The notes under the pieces: model-generated | Database searches by the model: none | Told to the model about the DNA's origin: nothing | What the model saw: the letters and a program-made list of their open reading frames with translations, nothing else | Part shown: piece by piece, positions 20,904 to 34,900 of the stretch | Layout: each line of letters opens with the position of its first letter | How positions within the stretch are numbered: the stretch's first letter is position 1 | IMG/VR virus record: IMGVR_UViG_3300028833_000064 | Coordinates: 96,001 to 160,000 of that record | DNA length: 64,000 bases | Reading direction: 5' to 3' (one strand) | DNA from: a virus | Taxonomy: Duplodnaviria > Caudoviricetes | Translations under genes and position numbers: made by a program

Positions 20904-21560
20904 TTAGTCTTCCGGTGCAATATAACCGAAAACGGGAACTGTGTCTGTCGTAATAACAGTGTCGGCCATAATGGTGTCGTTCACATCAGGTTCATCGAAT
21001 CCCTCAAACACGGGGTTTGTGGCGCTCACACTACCTGTCATCACATCAACATAGACTTGACACTGCTGGTTTCCAAAAATGTATTGTGGGTTACAATCTT
21101 TGGGTCCGACCTCTTTACGGATGACACAATGTCTGCTGTGTGGTTTTGGGCAATTTGCCTTATACATCTGTGACAATGCCTTTTCAAGATTAACCTTGAA
21201 TGGGGCAAATGTGTCCATTCTGTTATCACCTACCCAGATACCATACTTTTCCTCAACTACCATGGTGTCTTTGGTGTGTGCAATCATCACAACCTTTTCG
21301 GTGAAAGTGGAACTGTCGATAACAGTCACAATCTTGTAGATGTTGGCCACGCCGGCGACCTCGTGTCCGTTGTCTTCATCGAGGAAATCGACGAAATCGA
21401 TGCAGCACTCGAGCCACTGATAGTCATCATTTGCATAGTTTTCAGCCATGTACTTGGCATCTTCTTGGTTGATTTTTTCAACCCATCCGTCCTTGTTACA
21501 CGATGTGACAAACATTGCAGCAAGGAACATGATTACACTTAAAAAAATGTTTTTCTTCAT
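20904..21560 (-). CDS. putative lipoprotein
   Basis: Signal peptide ending in VTSC lipobox. Confidence 0.7.
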   Translation of the reverse strand: MKKNIFLSVIMFLAAMFVTSCNKDGWVEKINQEDAKYMAENYANDDYQWLECCIDFVDFLDEDNGHEVAGVANIYKIVTVIDSSTFTEKVVMIAHTKDTMVVEEKYGIWVGDNRMDTFAPFKVNLEKALSQMYKANCPKPHSRHCVIRKEVGPKDCNPQYIFGNQQCQVYVDVMTGSVSATNPVFEGFDEPDVNDTIMADTVITTDTVPVFGYIAPED

Positions 21561-21591
21561 AGATTTTTTGTTATTTTGTTTATATTATTTA

Positions 21592-24500
21592 TTATATTAC
21601 TTTGTACCCTAGATTTTCTAGAAGACGTATAGCTTCTTTCTTTTTCTTTTCAATCATTTGTCTCTTTTGTTTTTCACTTTCATATACATGCTTATCGATT
21701 AACTTTTTTTGGAGTTCAATTCTTTTTTCACGCTCTTCTGGTGATTCTTTTATTTCTTCTTCGGTTTCAATGCATATTGATGGTACCGTATCTTCATCAT
21801 CACATAAATCACAATTATAATATCCCTCAAATACATTTATGATGAATCTTATATTATTTCTTTCTTTGAATTTATCTCTAGCCTTGACTAGTTTATCGAC
21901 AAATGCAGAAAAATCTTTATTTGTCATACGTATTTCGTTGGTTGCATCAAAATCACCGAAAACTTGACAAACTTTTTCTCTTTTATATGTCGATACGTTA
22001 TCTTCTATTTTAATACCTTTATATTTCATGTTTAAAAGATACTATTATTTATTCATATTCTTAAAAAATCACCATCCTTTTTTTAAATCGGAAAATGTTA
22101 TCTTGTTATCCTTTTTAGAATTTATTATCCTCCAAAACTGATTGAATGATATAGAAAAGTCTTCATAAAAGATAACAAGGTCATCCGATGTAAATCTTGT
22201 TCCTATTTTTTCTTTTGAATTTTCACCGTCCGGAAATGTTCCAAAATCAAAATGGTCAAAAATATGTCCTATTTCTTTTATCATCTTTTTTTTTATTATT
22301 TTTCACGTAGATATAATTCCACTTTTCTCTTTGCTTTCAGAGCTTCAAGTATTTCTTCTGGTACTTCCTCTATATATGCAAAGTAAAAATATTCACTACT
22401 ATTGGCAGGGTCGTTAGCATCTCTGTAAGAATACCAACATTTGTATAGTTTGTCATTCTGTATCCTATTTTTTACGGATGGGTCGAAATATCCTACATGT
22501 CTGTAGTCACCAAGAAAATCTGGTTCACTTTCGAAAAGTTGACTACCTTTAAACAAATCGACACTGAAATCCGACAATTTACTATAACCCCAAGGTCCAT
22601 TATTTTTTATTTTTTCATCTGTTGGTTTTTTCTGAATTTGTGACATTCATCAATATCCTTTCCTTATTTTTTTAATCATAATTCTTCTGTTGTTGTTTTA
22701 TAAAAGTCAGAAATCTCGACTGTCAAATTTCTATATCTCTCGTCTTGCAATTCATACTCCTCTATATATTTAGTGACAACTTTCTTTATGTCTTTTTTAT
22801 TGCAGTCGAACCTTCTTGCTGAAAAATAATCATCCTCCAACCATTCATTCTCATCCTCATCAAAATACTCATACTTCCAAGAAAAGGATACAAACCACGA
22901 ATAGTCTCTTCCAACTTTCATAATTTTTTATCTTCGTTTAAATATTCCCAACTAATCACTTTGGTATCTATTTGATAACCCGGTGGAATTATAAACATAT
23001 CTGTGTATGTGTCAAAGTCTATGAGTGCTTCGACTTCTGTCCATGTTTTTAGTTTTGCACGGACGGTTACATATCTTTCACCAAACGGAGCTTCCGGTAT
23101 TCCTATCATAATTGTGTTGATTTATCCTAATGGAATAGATGCTTCGGAATATATTTTCATGGGATTCCCGAAAATGGAAATAAACTTATTCCATTGAATG
23201 TTATTACGATTCTGTAAAATTTCTATAATACTGTCTACAATACACATCCCTTTTTAAATTTCATCTCTTTCATATTGATAAGTCATTTTTAGAATCTTCC
23301 ATGTGTTTCTTAAAACTTTCTATGAATTCCTTAACCAAATCTCTATCCTCACAATCCATACAAAGTTCACTCATGGTATTTTCATCCAACCAAGACACGG
23401 CCTTTTCAACTAGCATATCTTTTATTCTTCTGATTAAATGTCTATTAGTATAGTTATCTGTTTCTATACCATCTGGTTTTACGGCATTATAAATCTTAGG
23501 CGGAAGTGTATTTTCATTTCCCTCAAGATACCTTTTAAAAGAGTCCTTAAAAAAACAATTGCAACCATCTTTACAATTGTTGTTACACTCACAATCAAGA
23601 CAATACCATTTTAATGCCTTTTTGATAATGTTTTCCATTATATTATCCCTTTCTTAATTAGATATTGTGTAATCGTAAGCATATTAAACATCCCAAGAGA
23701 TTCGTCGGAACAATCATAGGCATACCCTGCAATCTTATAATCGTCAGTGTCTCCGACCAACCAGTCGTTGACATCATTACATAACTCATTGTTATAGTCT
23801 TTATATTCTTCTTGGTATTCAAAATCTTCTCTTTTTAAAATATCGATTCCAAGAAGGGAACTCAAAATATATCTACATTCACGAAGAGTCAGTTTTCTTT
23901 TCAGAATAAATCCCTTTGGAAAACCATTGTTATGCATTTCGAGTTTTACCTTACCTATATTAAGAAATTTTCTCATCTTATTTTTTATTTATTACCATAA
24001 ATCATTACTATCGAGTTTGTCTTCCCAATAATTTAGTTTTTTCACTTGTCCTGAGTTCAATGCAATTTTGGCCGCCTCTTTCCTGTCAACCCATCGTCCA
24101 AATGATGTGTAAAACCCATCGGTAGATTGGTCAATCTCTTGTCCGAAACAATGAAGTATTTCGGCATGGTGTCTTCCGATTCTACATTGGTAGATATCAT
24201 CTCTCTCTTTTGTACCTGTTTTCCAAACTTCACCTTGGTGGCACACATATTCCGGTTTAACCTTGTATGCAGCCGCCATAATCGTCTCAACTTTATCATC
24301 GGTATATTTGGATTCAATAAAGTCAGATACTTCCTCAAATCCCATGAATCTACCAAGATTTCGTATATCAATATTTGTGCATTTTTCATTTAAGACAGAA
24401 TCAGAATCCGGAATAATTTCCCATAGTTCATCTGTTCGTTTGTCGACAAATTCTTTTATACCATCAACGGTTATAGGGTCGTCGGGAAGAGAATCGAAAA

Positions 24501-27500
24501 AATTCTTGAAATATTCCATACACTGCAAATATCCATTCCAATATGATATTTCACCATGTGAGTTCGGATATTCTTTTTCGAGTTTTCCAACATGTTGTTT
24601 ATATAATTCCAAGAGTCTTTCTATCTCTTTTTTTACTTTGTCTATTTTCATAATCCTTCAATATATTCTTTTATAGAATAAAATCCTTTCTCACCATATC
24701 CACATTTTACATAACTTTCATCAATTTTATCAATATATCTCAATAGTTCGTTCTTACTTACCATCTTATCAGAAGTGTCTGGAATAGAACTCTTTTTCAA
24801 ATGCCTTTTAATATTTTTTCCCATATTTAAGTGTTTATAATTAATGAAACTGAAACAAGTACCGTCATCATCATCAAAATTGACCAGACTATAAATGTTA
24901 GAACCCAAGTAGCATTATGCAATTTCGACCATCTCTTTTTAGAAATTTTGCATATAATTAGGTGAATTATTGAAAACAATATGAACAGAAACAACTCAAA
25001 TACTATTATTTTCAATATATTGTCTAACATTTCCATTAGAAAAACAAATCGTCAAAAAGGTCTTCAAAAAAATCAAAAACCGGTGTTAGTATGATGGCGA
25101 TTACACTTCCAAGAATACCCGTGACGATTGCCTCAAATATTTGTTCACTACTCATAGATATTACTCATTGGTGGATACTCGTAGTTTCCCTGTTCCGAAA
25201 TGGGTATTTTTTCATTTTGGCAATAATAGAAACCATCACGAATTTCATTAATGTATGGTAAACCATCCCTAATATTACGTTTTGCTTCGGTAAGTGTTCT
25301 CATGCTGTCACCAACTTTAAATTTTGGAATTTCTTTGTCGATGAATAAAATCAATCTAGACAAAATTTCTTCTGAGTCCGAGTAAGTCTTACGTGATTCG
25401 TTGTACAACTCAACCACTTTATTTCGTATAGTTTCTCTAATGTCCATAATATAATGTTTTTACTTCAAATCGAATCCAAAATTTGCTCCAGCAATATAGG
25501 CTTGTTCTATTTCCTTTCTCCACATACTTCTCAATTCCATTGTGTCCAACCGATGGTATAATTCACTTTCTATATTGAAAGAATAAACACCGGCTTGCAT
25601 TTTCAATCCTTCGTCAAAACCTTTATGTATACCACCATTTTCGTCGGTTATAACAATATCATTCTTCGTCATTGTTGATTGGTTCTAATATATACCATTT
25701 GTCTGAAAGATTTCCATTTATTTTAACAGATTGCTTTTTATGGTTTTTTCCATATTCTATTACAGCACTTGAAGTTTGTGCATTTATAATAAAATCAGTA
25801 ATAGAAGAATATGTCAAATCAAACGGAAGTTCCATAAACCTCTCACCAATTTTTATGGCTTTATAGTTACCATCAACCGGTTCCAATGGAAATTGAAAAC
25901 GAAGATTCCCAATTATTATCTGGACTTTTTTTACCTCCACCGGCGGTTCTTTGGTGTTTTTTCTTTTTAACGACCACATAGAACTTTTATTTTCTTATTT
26001 TAGAAATTATCTTTAAAATAAATTTGTAAACCGGATATAGAATTATTATTATTATCGAACCAAACCAAACAATAGCAAAGAATAATGATACAGCTATAAT
26101 TAAATCCCCATTAAAATCCGTACATTTGGCCATAAGAATTATAGATGTAACAAAAATGAAGAAAAACCCAGTAAGATAAATTATCCAATACACACTCATA
26201 TTTATATAATTTTATTAACAAGCTACCTCATATAAACCTATTTTATTTTGAAGCTTACTGAAATCTCTTTCTAGTTCTTTACTTTTATCTTTTATATTAT
26301 TTACAATCTGGTTTACTTCATCGAATTTCTCAGACGTTGATTCTTTCATCAAGAAACAAAGACCTTTTTCAATAAGTTCAATATACGGACCACAGAAAGT
26401 GTCTTGGACAAGGAATTTTCCATAAATGTCGTGATATGAGTGAGTATACCCCCAATGATAGTTGCATCCGATACACAATGTGTCGATACCGGTGGATGTC
26501 TTCGTAAACTTGACCATTTCTATACGGTCATTCATATCAAGGTCAAAGAAGACACGACCATCGTATTTTTCGGCAAGTTCGGGTGTAATGTCGATTTCAG
26601 TTTTCAATATCTCATCTGTTTCTTCCATAATGGTTTCTTTTATATTATAAAGATAACAAAAAATCACTCGTTTTTCATTTTTTCATCTTTAAAAATAACA
26701 AATATAATAGTGAAAAAATACAATTACAAAAAATATAAGAAAAAAATATAAAATAGTTTATATTATTTTATTCAAAATACGACCTTATTGAATAAGTATT
26801 ACTATTGTTCATACCTAATCAATTCTTTTTTATTACTATCCCATTTATATCCCGCTTCATGTATTTTTCGAAATAAGAGGTCATATTGTTCCTTTGTTGC
26901 AGGAAAAACACTACTAAGTTCACCAAAATGGGATAACATGTGGTAAGTACTTTTTAGTGTAAGTTCTTCATTTGCATCAATACCAGCATAATAGTAAGCA
27001 AGTCCATTATTATATCGGTTTTTATCATATATAAACGGATTGCCTTTTTTAGTTGCAAGCACATCACCATTTTTGGCATCTTTAATTGACCAAAGGTGAC
27101 AGTCATTTTCCTTATCAAAACCAATGGAATACCGTATTCCGTTATTATACGAAATTACTTCATACCAAGACTCACACACCTCTATGATTTTGTAGATGCC
27201 CACACCATTCTGTACAACCCAGTCACCTACCTTGAATTTACAAATAGGTTTCTGTTCGTCTTGCTTTTCAAGATGTTTGAAAAGTTGTTTATCCAACAAA
27301 ATATCAACCCCATTATCTCTTGCACACATTCCCCAAATATGACCATTATATTCAAATGATATTCCACTATATGGATTTGTTTTTTCATCTTGTTTTTCAA
27401 GCCAATATATTAGGTGACTCTTTGGAATAGTATTAACGTAGTTATGGTCTGGGGAGCAATGCAAAAGTACTGCAACCTTTAAGGCATCAATAATCTTACT

Positions 27501-28538
27501 CTCTTCAATCTCTTCGAGTTCTGGAAAGAGTCTAAATATCTGTCTTGCAGCATCACAATCTTGTGAACCACAATCTTCTAGTTCTTGTTTGGCATATTTA
27601 AGAACTTTTTTATATTTTTCTTCATAGTTTTCCATAGTTGAATTTTATTATTTTTAAGTGTCATAATCACTAGTACCCTATAACCTTTTATATTATAGTC
27701 TATACATTATCTTTAACTTATAATATCACCAGATTTTAATGTATCGTTTGTGTTTATTGGATTGTTAGCGGCATCACAAACCGGCACAATAGTTACCATA
27801 CCTATGCCGAGATACTTATTATCAATGCAGTCATATTCCAAATTATTAGGGAGATTGTTGATACATCTTTCAATCTTACCATGCTTTATCTCACTAATTT
27901 CCTCTCCCCACGGAGTCTTATAGTTATGGAGATAGAGACGAGTATAACCAGCTATAGGTTTCAATGAAAGGGAATTTTTAATTTTAGTCATTATTGTTTT
28001 ACATTATCTCTGTTTATTCAAAATATGCCATTGCTTCATAGTTAAATCTCACAAATGGAATGTTGGAATCACACTGTGACTGAAGAATATCAGGCCATTG
28101 TTCCATTGGAGTGCCATCAAGAATCAACTTGTTGAGAGCATCTCCGAAAATGATGTTCTGTCTGATAACCTCATCTTCTGTTGTATCAAATCCATATTCA
28201 CAAGCCTCTCTACTGTTGGATATGAACATAGATATGAAGAAACCGTGTAGTCCGTATCTGTCGGCAAAGTTACCGGCATAACACCAGACTCCAATAATTC
28301 TTCTCTTTCTCAACATTTCAAGATGTGACCTGTCGATGCAGTATCCGTTCCAATGTTGGTTGAATAGACCAAGTTCACTTCCGTGCCCGAATAATAACAA
28401 ATCATTGGAACTCCCTCTGAGAAGTTCTTTGATTTGATGTCCACTCGGATTTACAAGAAGATTTGTCTCCACACCAGATATTATATTGGTGTAAAAACTT
28501 GTATCAGGACGACTGTCAATTACTATTGCATCTAACAT
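21592..28538 (-). other. array of about 18 small co-oriented hypothetical phage ORFs
   Basis: Abutting or overlapping minus-strand ORFs of 60-280 aa with no recognisable motifs. Confidence 0.7.
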
Positions 28539-28558
28539 ATCATTGTATATTTTCTCGT

Positions 28559-28609
28559 TGCAAAGATACGAACTTTTTTTGAATTACCAAACTTTTTTTC
28601 AAAAAAAAA
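28559..28609 (-). promoter_or_regulatory. Bacteroidota-type sigmaA promoter, copy 1
   Basis: Minus strand TTTGGTAATTCAAAAAAAGTTCGTATCTTTGCA = -33 TTTG and -7 TAnnTTTG. Confidence 0.8.
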
Positions 28610-28645
28610 TTATTTTTTATATAAAATCAAATCAATAAATACTTT

Positions 28646-28951
28646 ATGGGATATGTATATTTGATTTGTGACAGTAAGAATGAGTATTATAAAATAGGTG
28701 TCACTACAGGAAAAATTGAAAATCGTATTAAACAATTACAGACGGGCAATGGTACTGAGTTATTCATTCGTGATTATTTCGAAACTGAATATCCGTTTAA
28801 ACTCGAAAAACTCCTGCATAACAAATTCATTACAAAAAAAGTATTGAATGAATGGTTTATGCTTTCCGTTGAGGATGTATGTGGATTCAAGAACACATGC
28901 AAAGAACTTCAGCACACAATTGAAGTTCTACTAAATAATCCATTTTTTTAA
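28646..28951 (+). CDS. GIY-YIG/T5orf172-family protein
   Basis: GYVYLI, YKIGVT, RIKQLQTGN, EWF. Confidence 0.85.
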   Translation: MGYVYLICDSKNEYYKIGVTTGKIENRIKQLQTGNGTELFIRDYFETEYPFKLEKLLHNKFITKKVLNEWFMLSVEDVCGFKNTCKELQHTIEVLLNNPFF

Positions 28952-28961
28952 ACGTTTCATA

Positions 28962-31900
28962 CTATTTTATATCTAAAAATTCAACTTCAATCGTATCATT
29001 GATATTGACTTTGTTACCATTTAGTTGGGTTTCATCAAAATAAACTTCCACCTTATATTCATGGTCGAGCATTATAATCACACCATCACAGATGTATTGT
29101 CTTCGATTGTGAAAATGTACGGGCTCTACTTTTGTATAGTTTGAATTTATAATTGTACCATAGTCTTCTATCACAAATTTTGGGTTGCATTTGTTTCTAT
29201 AAAAAACCCTCATCCCATTTTTAAGTGGAAGTGGTTTCCAAATAGTTATGTTTGTCCCATCCTCGAAATTTATTTGAGTTGGTTCATCAAATACCGTACC
29301 CTCCGGAAGAGTACGGTATTCTTCGATTGTCATAGTGACCTCCTTAATTTTTCTTTTCATCGATACACATCAATGTATATTTTATAGCTTCGTTTATAGC
29401 ATCAATTTTTGAATACTTATATCTACACTCTTTGCTTATAATATCATCAAACATATCGTCGACTTTTTTTCCGAATCTATCATAGACAGACCATACATAT
29501 TTCATAGTATCGTCATATTCATATGATATACCGATTTCGTATCCAAACTCCTTTTTCAACCATTGGAGTGCTGCAAAGAGTGTTGGTGCATACACAATAT
29601 TCCCATTTTTCTTTTTATCTCCATACACAAGTTTTTCAATATTTTTCCTTGATGAAGGCCATGCACTATGTTCATAATACATTAAAGTTTCTTTGTCGAA
29701 ACCCTTTTCCTTCATAAGTTCAGCGACAGAAAAGTCAACAACTATTACCTCATCTTTTAACATTTTAGATATAACCTTCATATTGTCATTGATACTCGAC
29801 CATCCACTCTCATCCAAGTAATTAATAAAATGGAATGGTAAATATACGAAATAGAGCACTAGAAGGAGTGGCCAAAATAATGTGGTTAAAAAACTTAACA
29901 TCCCGAAATCTGGGACATAATCACCATAAGATATACCTGTGTTGTTGAAGAGTTTATTGAAGTACTTTGATTTCTTGTTCAAATACACTATCCCAGCAAG
30001 TATTAATATGCCGATTACAAAATATAATACTATAAAAAATACTACCATAATATTTTACTTTTTTTTAATTTAAAATATGAATTTTTATATCAGAATTTTA
30101 AAAACAGATACAATATCAGAAATAGAACGAACATACCCACTCCAAGATAAAATCGAAAGTCATATATCCCAAAGTGAAACAAATTTATAAGGGCAATAAA
30201 AAAACCCCCAATCGAAAAAAATATAGACACTACTCTTATGAGTATTACATATTCAAAATCATCGTCATCTTCATAACCACCGTCATATTTGTAACTCGAA
30301 TCCATATCTTTATCAAAATCTTCGTCTTCACAATATGGGTCGTTTTCTGGGTCAAGGTTTCCAGCACAATGGTGAATCCACCACGGGTTTATTATAAAAG
30401 GTATCATAATTTTTTTTATAAAGATACTATTTTTTTTTAATAAAATCAATCCAATTTGCAAAATGGTTCCTTTGTCCATAATTCACAAATGTTGTTACAA
30501 TCTTTTATAATTTCATTTTTAGGTTCCTTGCAGTCGTGATTATGACAGACCCAACAACAACATTTTGACATCAAGTCACAAAACCTGAATATCTCCCCTT
30601 TTGTACCGTTTACGTTTGTCGTGTATTCGATACCATATCTGCATTTTATTCTTTTTTTCATCTTCTACCATAACCACAATATCCACACTCACCACCACTA
30701 AGTGACATCCCACAGAACGGACATTCGTTATCCTCACTGCCTTCATTCTCCATCTCTATACTTTCTATAACCGAAAGTACGTTATTAAACACCTCTTCTT
30801 TACCATGACAATGGATGTACATCCAGTCACTTTGATTGCCTTGTTCTTTTGCTGTGGATTTTAATTCATTGATTCTTTTCTTTAATAATTTTGTGTCTAT
30901 CAGTCCCATTTTTTCTTTCTTTTAATTCATCGGAATCGATTCCGAAAGCGGCTATACAAAACTCATCGTAAGACATTTCCTTTACTGGTTGATGTTTCGT
31001 AAAATCAATTTCTATAAACGTACTCATACTTTCTTTTTTTCGTCATGTATATTACCTATTACTTCGGCAAACAACAAATCATTCTCGTTTTCAATAAATG
31101 GAAACTCATCTTTATTCAAGATATTGAAATACATATCAATGATTTTAGATGGGGTTGTGACTCTAAATTCACTCGATAATAAACTCAAAGGAATGTCACT
31201 ATCAACGGTGATAAATTCTCCATTTTCGAATTTTACCTCATCTTCAACTTTTACAATATCTTCTTCTTGTTGTGGATAATTAAATATATCTATTGTTAAT
31301 CCTCTAACTTGATAAAAAACGATAATATCATGTTCATATATCATATTGCCGTTTTTATCGGTTAAACCGGAACATTCACCTACTGTGTTAGGGTCAACCT
31401 CATACTCTTCACCATCTTTTGTTAGAATAATATAATGGTTTATCTGACCACGATGGTGTGTACCTTGTTCGACTCTTTCGAAATACCAACCATATACCCA
31501 TTTTGAATCACGGATACATTTTCCTCTAAATATTATTTCTCTTTTCATTTGGTAAAAATATTTCTTTAACAGGGTCTCTAGCATCTTCCCAATCCGGACT
31601 ATAATTAAATGTGTCTTGAAAAACTTCTTTCATTTTTTCCAATTTCAAAGTTTCCCTCTCCATTTTATCAATAAACTCATCTTTTTTGTCTAAATCGAAT
31701 GTACCATCATCTTTCGTACAAGATGTTCCAATCCCCGCTATTCTAGCGTTAATTTCATTATAAATTGTCTTATATACGTAATGTACAGCATCTCTCTTAA
31801 AATCATCAGATACTATATAACTATTTATAATTGATGTTACTATATTTTCACCAACAACTTTTCTATCCATAATTTTTATATTTTATAAAACGAAATCAAA

Positions 31901-34900
31901 TTCAATCCCAATATCATTCATAACATGTTGTAAATGATGTAAACCTTCAACTTTTTTTACAGTATAACCATCTATACAACAGAACATACCAGCATTGTCA
32001 ACCACGATTTTTATAGTTTTATCACCGATTGTCTTCGACCATTCGTGATACTCATAGTAGTCACTATCACCGTATCTAAGTTTAAATTCATTCTTTTCGA
32101 AAAACTCATCCGACAGAGGAATTGGACGGATACAATCCAAACTATAAATCTCACCATCGACACCAATAGCACCATCTGCTTCTGATATGTAGTCTATTCT
32201 ATGCCCCTTACATTCTGGTTCGTGTATAAACACGAAATCACCTATCATAAATTCATTTATCTTCATATAATTCCTCTTTTAATTCTTTCCATGTAAGATT
32301 TCTATAACACATTGGATGAATATTGCTTTGAAGATTGAGATATGGATAAATCCAACCTGATTTATATAGTCCATCAAAAGAAAAATTTTCATTCACTTTG
32401 AAAAAAGGACTTTTTTCATCTCCATGTTTTTCAACCATTTCATCCAAAAGAATCTTTAAAAGTTTATGTTTGTCAATCATTTTATTCTGTTTTAGTATAT
32501 ATTTTTATCATGCTCTTTGTGCCACTCTTTAACAGACTTATGCATCAGACTCGGTAACAATTGTCCATTACAATCCCAATGTCTGTTTGGATGGTGAACA
32601 CATTACTCGACACTAACCTTTTTCTTCATTTATTACCCTTTATACAATATTCAAGTTCTTTGAGTGAGGTTCCGTTTCCACAATCTTCTGTTATTTTACC
32701 ACAATATGTTGGAACAAATTCTTCTGGTGATGAATATGGATAGAAATGGTGTACTGCATTTCTCTCATATATACACTTGTCACAATTCTTGCAATATTTT
32801 TCTATAAACTTTTCTGTCATATATTTTTATCATGTTCTTGGTGCCACTCTTTAACAGACTTGTTCATCAGACTCGGTTGAAGACCACCGTTTATACTCCA
32901 GTATTCATTCGGATAGTGTATACAACTACTAGTTATACTATTGCCTTTATATTCAGCAATTGTTATTGCAAACGGGTTTTTATTATTTACAATATATTCT
33001 AGCACTTCGTCACACTCTTTGTCTGACATAAAATGTTTTGCTTCACATATGTTTCGTGTATTGGTAAGTTCTCCGTCTTTGAAATCTTTTACAAAAACTG
33101 AATTTACATCACCATATAACATCGAAGTACAAGAACGCCAAGGATGACCATTAACATATTCTGGTGTTATTTTAACGACGATTATACATGTTCTTAGTTC
33201 TTCAAAATCACTCTCAGATACGAGACCTAAACCAGGTACATTATACTTATACACAAACGGGGTTCTCATAAACCCACAATGTTCTTTCAATCTGCATTTA
33301 GTCATACAGAAATCATACATATCCTCAACAGATGTGTAAGAATATCTGCACCGACATATATCTTTTAAATGATTTACTTTTTCACACCATTCGTCACCAA
33401 TTAACATACATCCTATACTTTTTTAATTGCTATTAATCTTAACCACGGGTTGTCTCTATCATAGTCTTCAAATTCCTCGTATTCCCTACCACCAATGTAT
33501 TCTTCTACTGCATTATCCATCTTTATAAAATTATCGTTATCAAAAATAGCAAATATGGAAAACTCACTATATGGTATGGAATCCTCGTTTATAGACCATT
33601 TGAAACTTTTTACATCCGTATCTCCGGACAAAAGTTTGTCTATTTTGAAAATCAATATACGTACACTGTTGTCGTCTCTTTCCAACTTAGAAAACTCAAT
33701 GAAATTTTCGTCACCTCTGTTTTTATATACGACAGCCCTTCCCATCTCATTACATTGGGTAAAACGATTACCAATGAAGATTTGATATTTACATTGGATA
33801 CATCCTGTACTTGGAAAATTGTCTTCAAATATAAAGATGTCAAGATACTTGTCGGTGTTTTTAATACCATACGTTAATTCAAATCTCTCTTTCATCTGAT
33901 TATATAAAGATAAAACAGATGTTAAATCGTTTAAATCAGATTTTTTTTGAAGTTCTCTGATTTCGGAAAAATCTTTCGCCACACCGAGTGGAACCATGTC
34001 GTTGTTGTTACTATAAAGTATGACATTCCCATCTTCAATTCTGCAAAAGAAACTACCCTTGAAGAAAAGTGTTCCAATTTTACATAGTCTTGGACTCCAT
34101 CCATCATCAACTAACTCTTTTTCTGTCATATTATTCTTTTAAAAACTCCACAAATCTTTTTCTTTCAGTTCTATGACTCTTCCATCAGTATGTTCATCAA
34201 ATGTCCCGTTTTTAATTTTTTCTTCTTGTTCGTCGGTGACGGCGGCATACATTCCAGAATAGATGGAACTTATACATGCTTCGTATTTACAGTCTTTATT
34301 TGAACATTTGTGTTCATATTTAAGTGGAGAGGTAAGGTATGCACCACCATGGGTTTCCAATGGACTACCACAATCAGGACACCGTAAAACTATGTGTACC
34401 GGATGACGTGGTTCTACTTTTTCCACATCTCTAATTGGTCTAGACCATGGTTTATATTCAAACCGTGAATCCATTTCCTCCTTTGTTATCTCAATCTTGT
34501 AACCGTCATTCATACGATACATCTCATGATACTCAGTATTTCCGATAACATACATTGCACCACTAAACCAAAACTCACCGGTTGTTTTTTCAATAAATCT
34601 CGCTCTTGCCATATTTTTATTGTTTTTTTCATATTTTTATCAGACATAGGTTCTGTGAATCCCATTTATACCCACATTCCTTCATCCTTTTGAACAATCG
34701 GTCTTTCTGTTCTTCTGTTGCCTTTTGTACTTCATTAACATATAACCAACTACCGGTCCGTCTGTTTGTTATATGAAATTTCCCTTCAACAGCATCAAGA
34801 CAGCAATAAGAATTTAATGTGACTTTATCTTCATTTTCAAATCCACCATTGATGAATACACACCCATGTCTATTTGCAAGGACATCACCAATTTTGAAAA

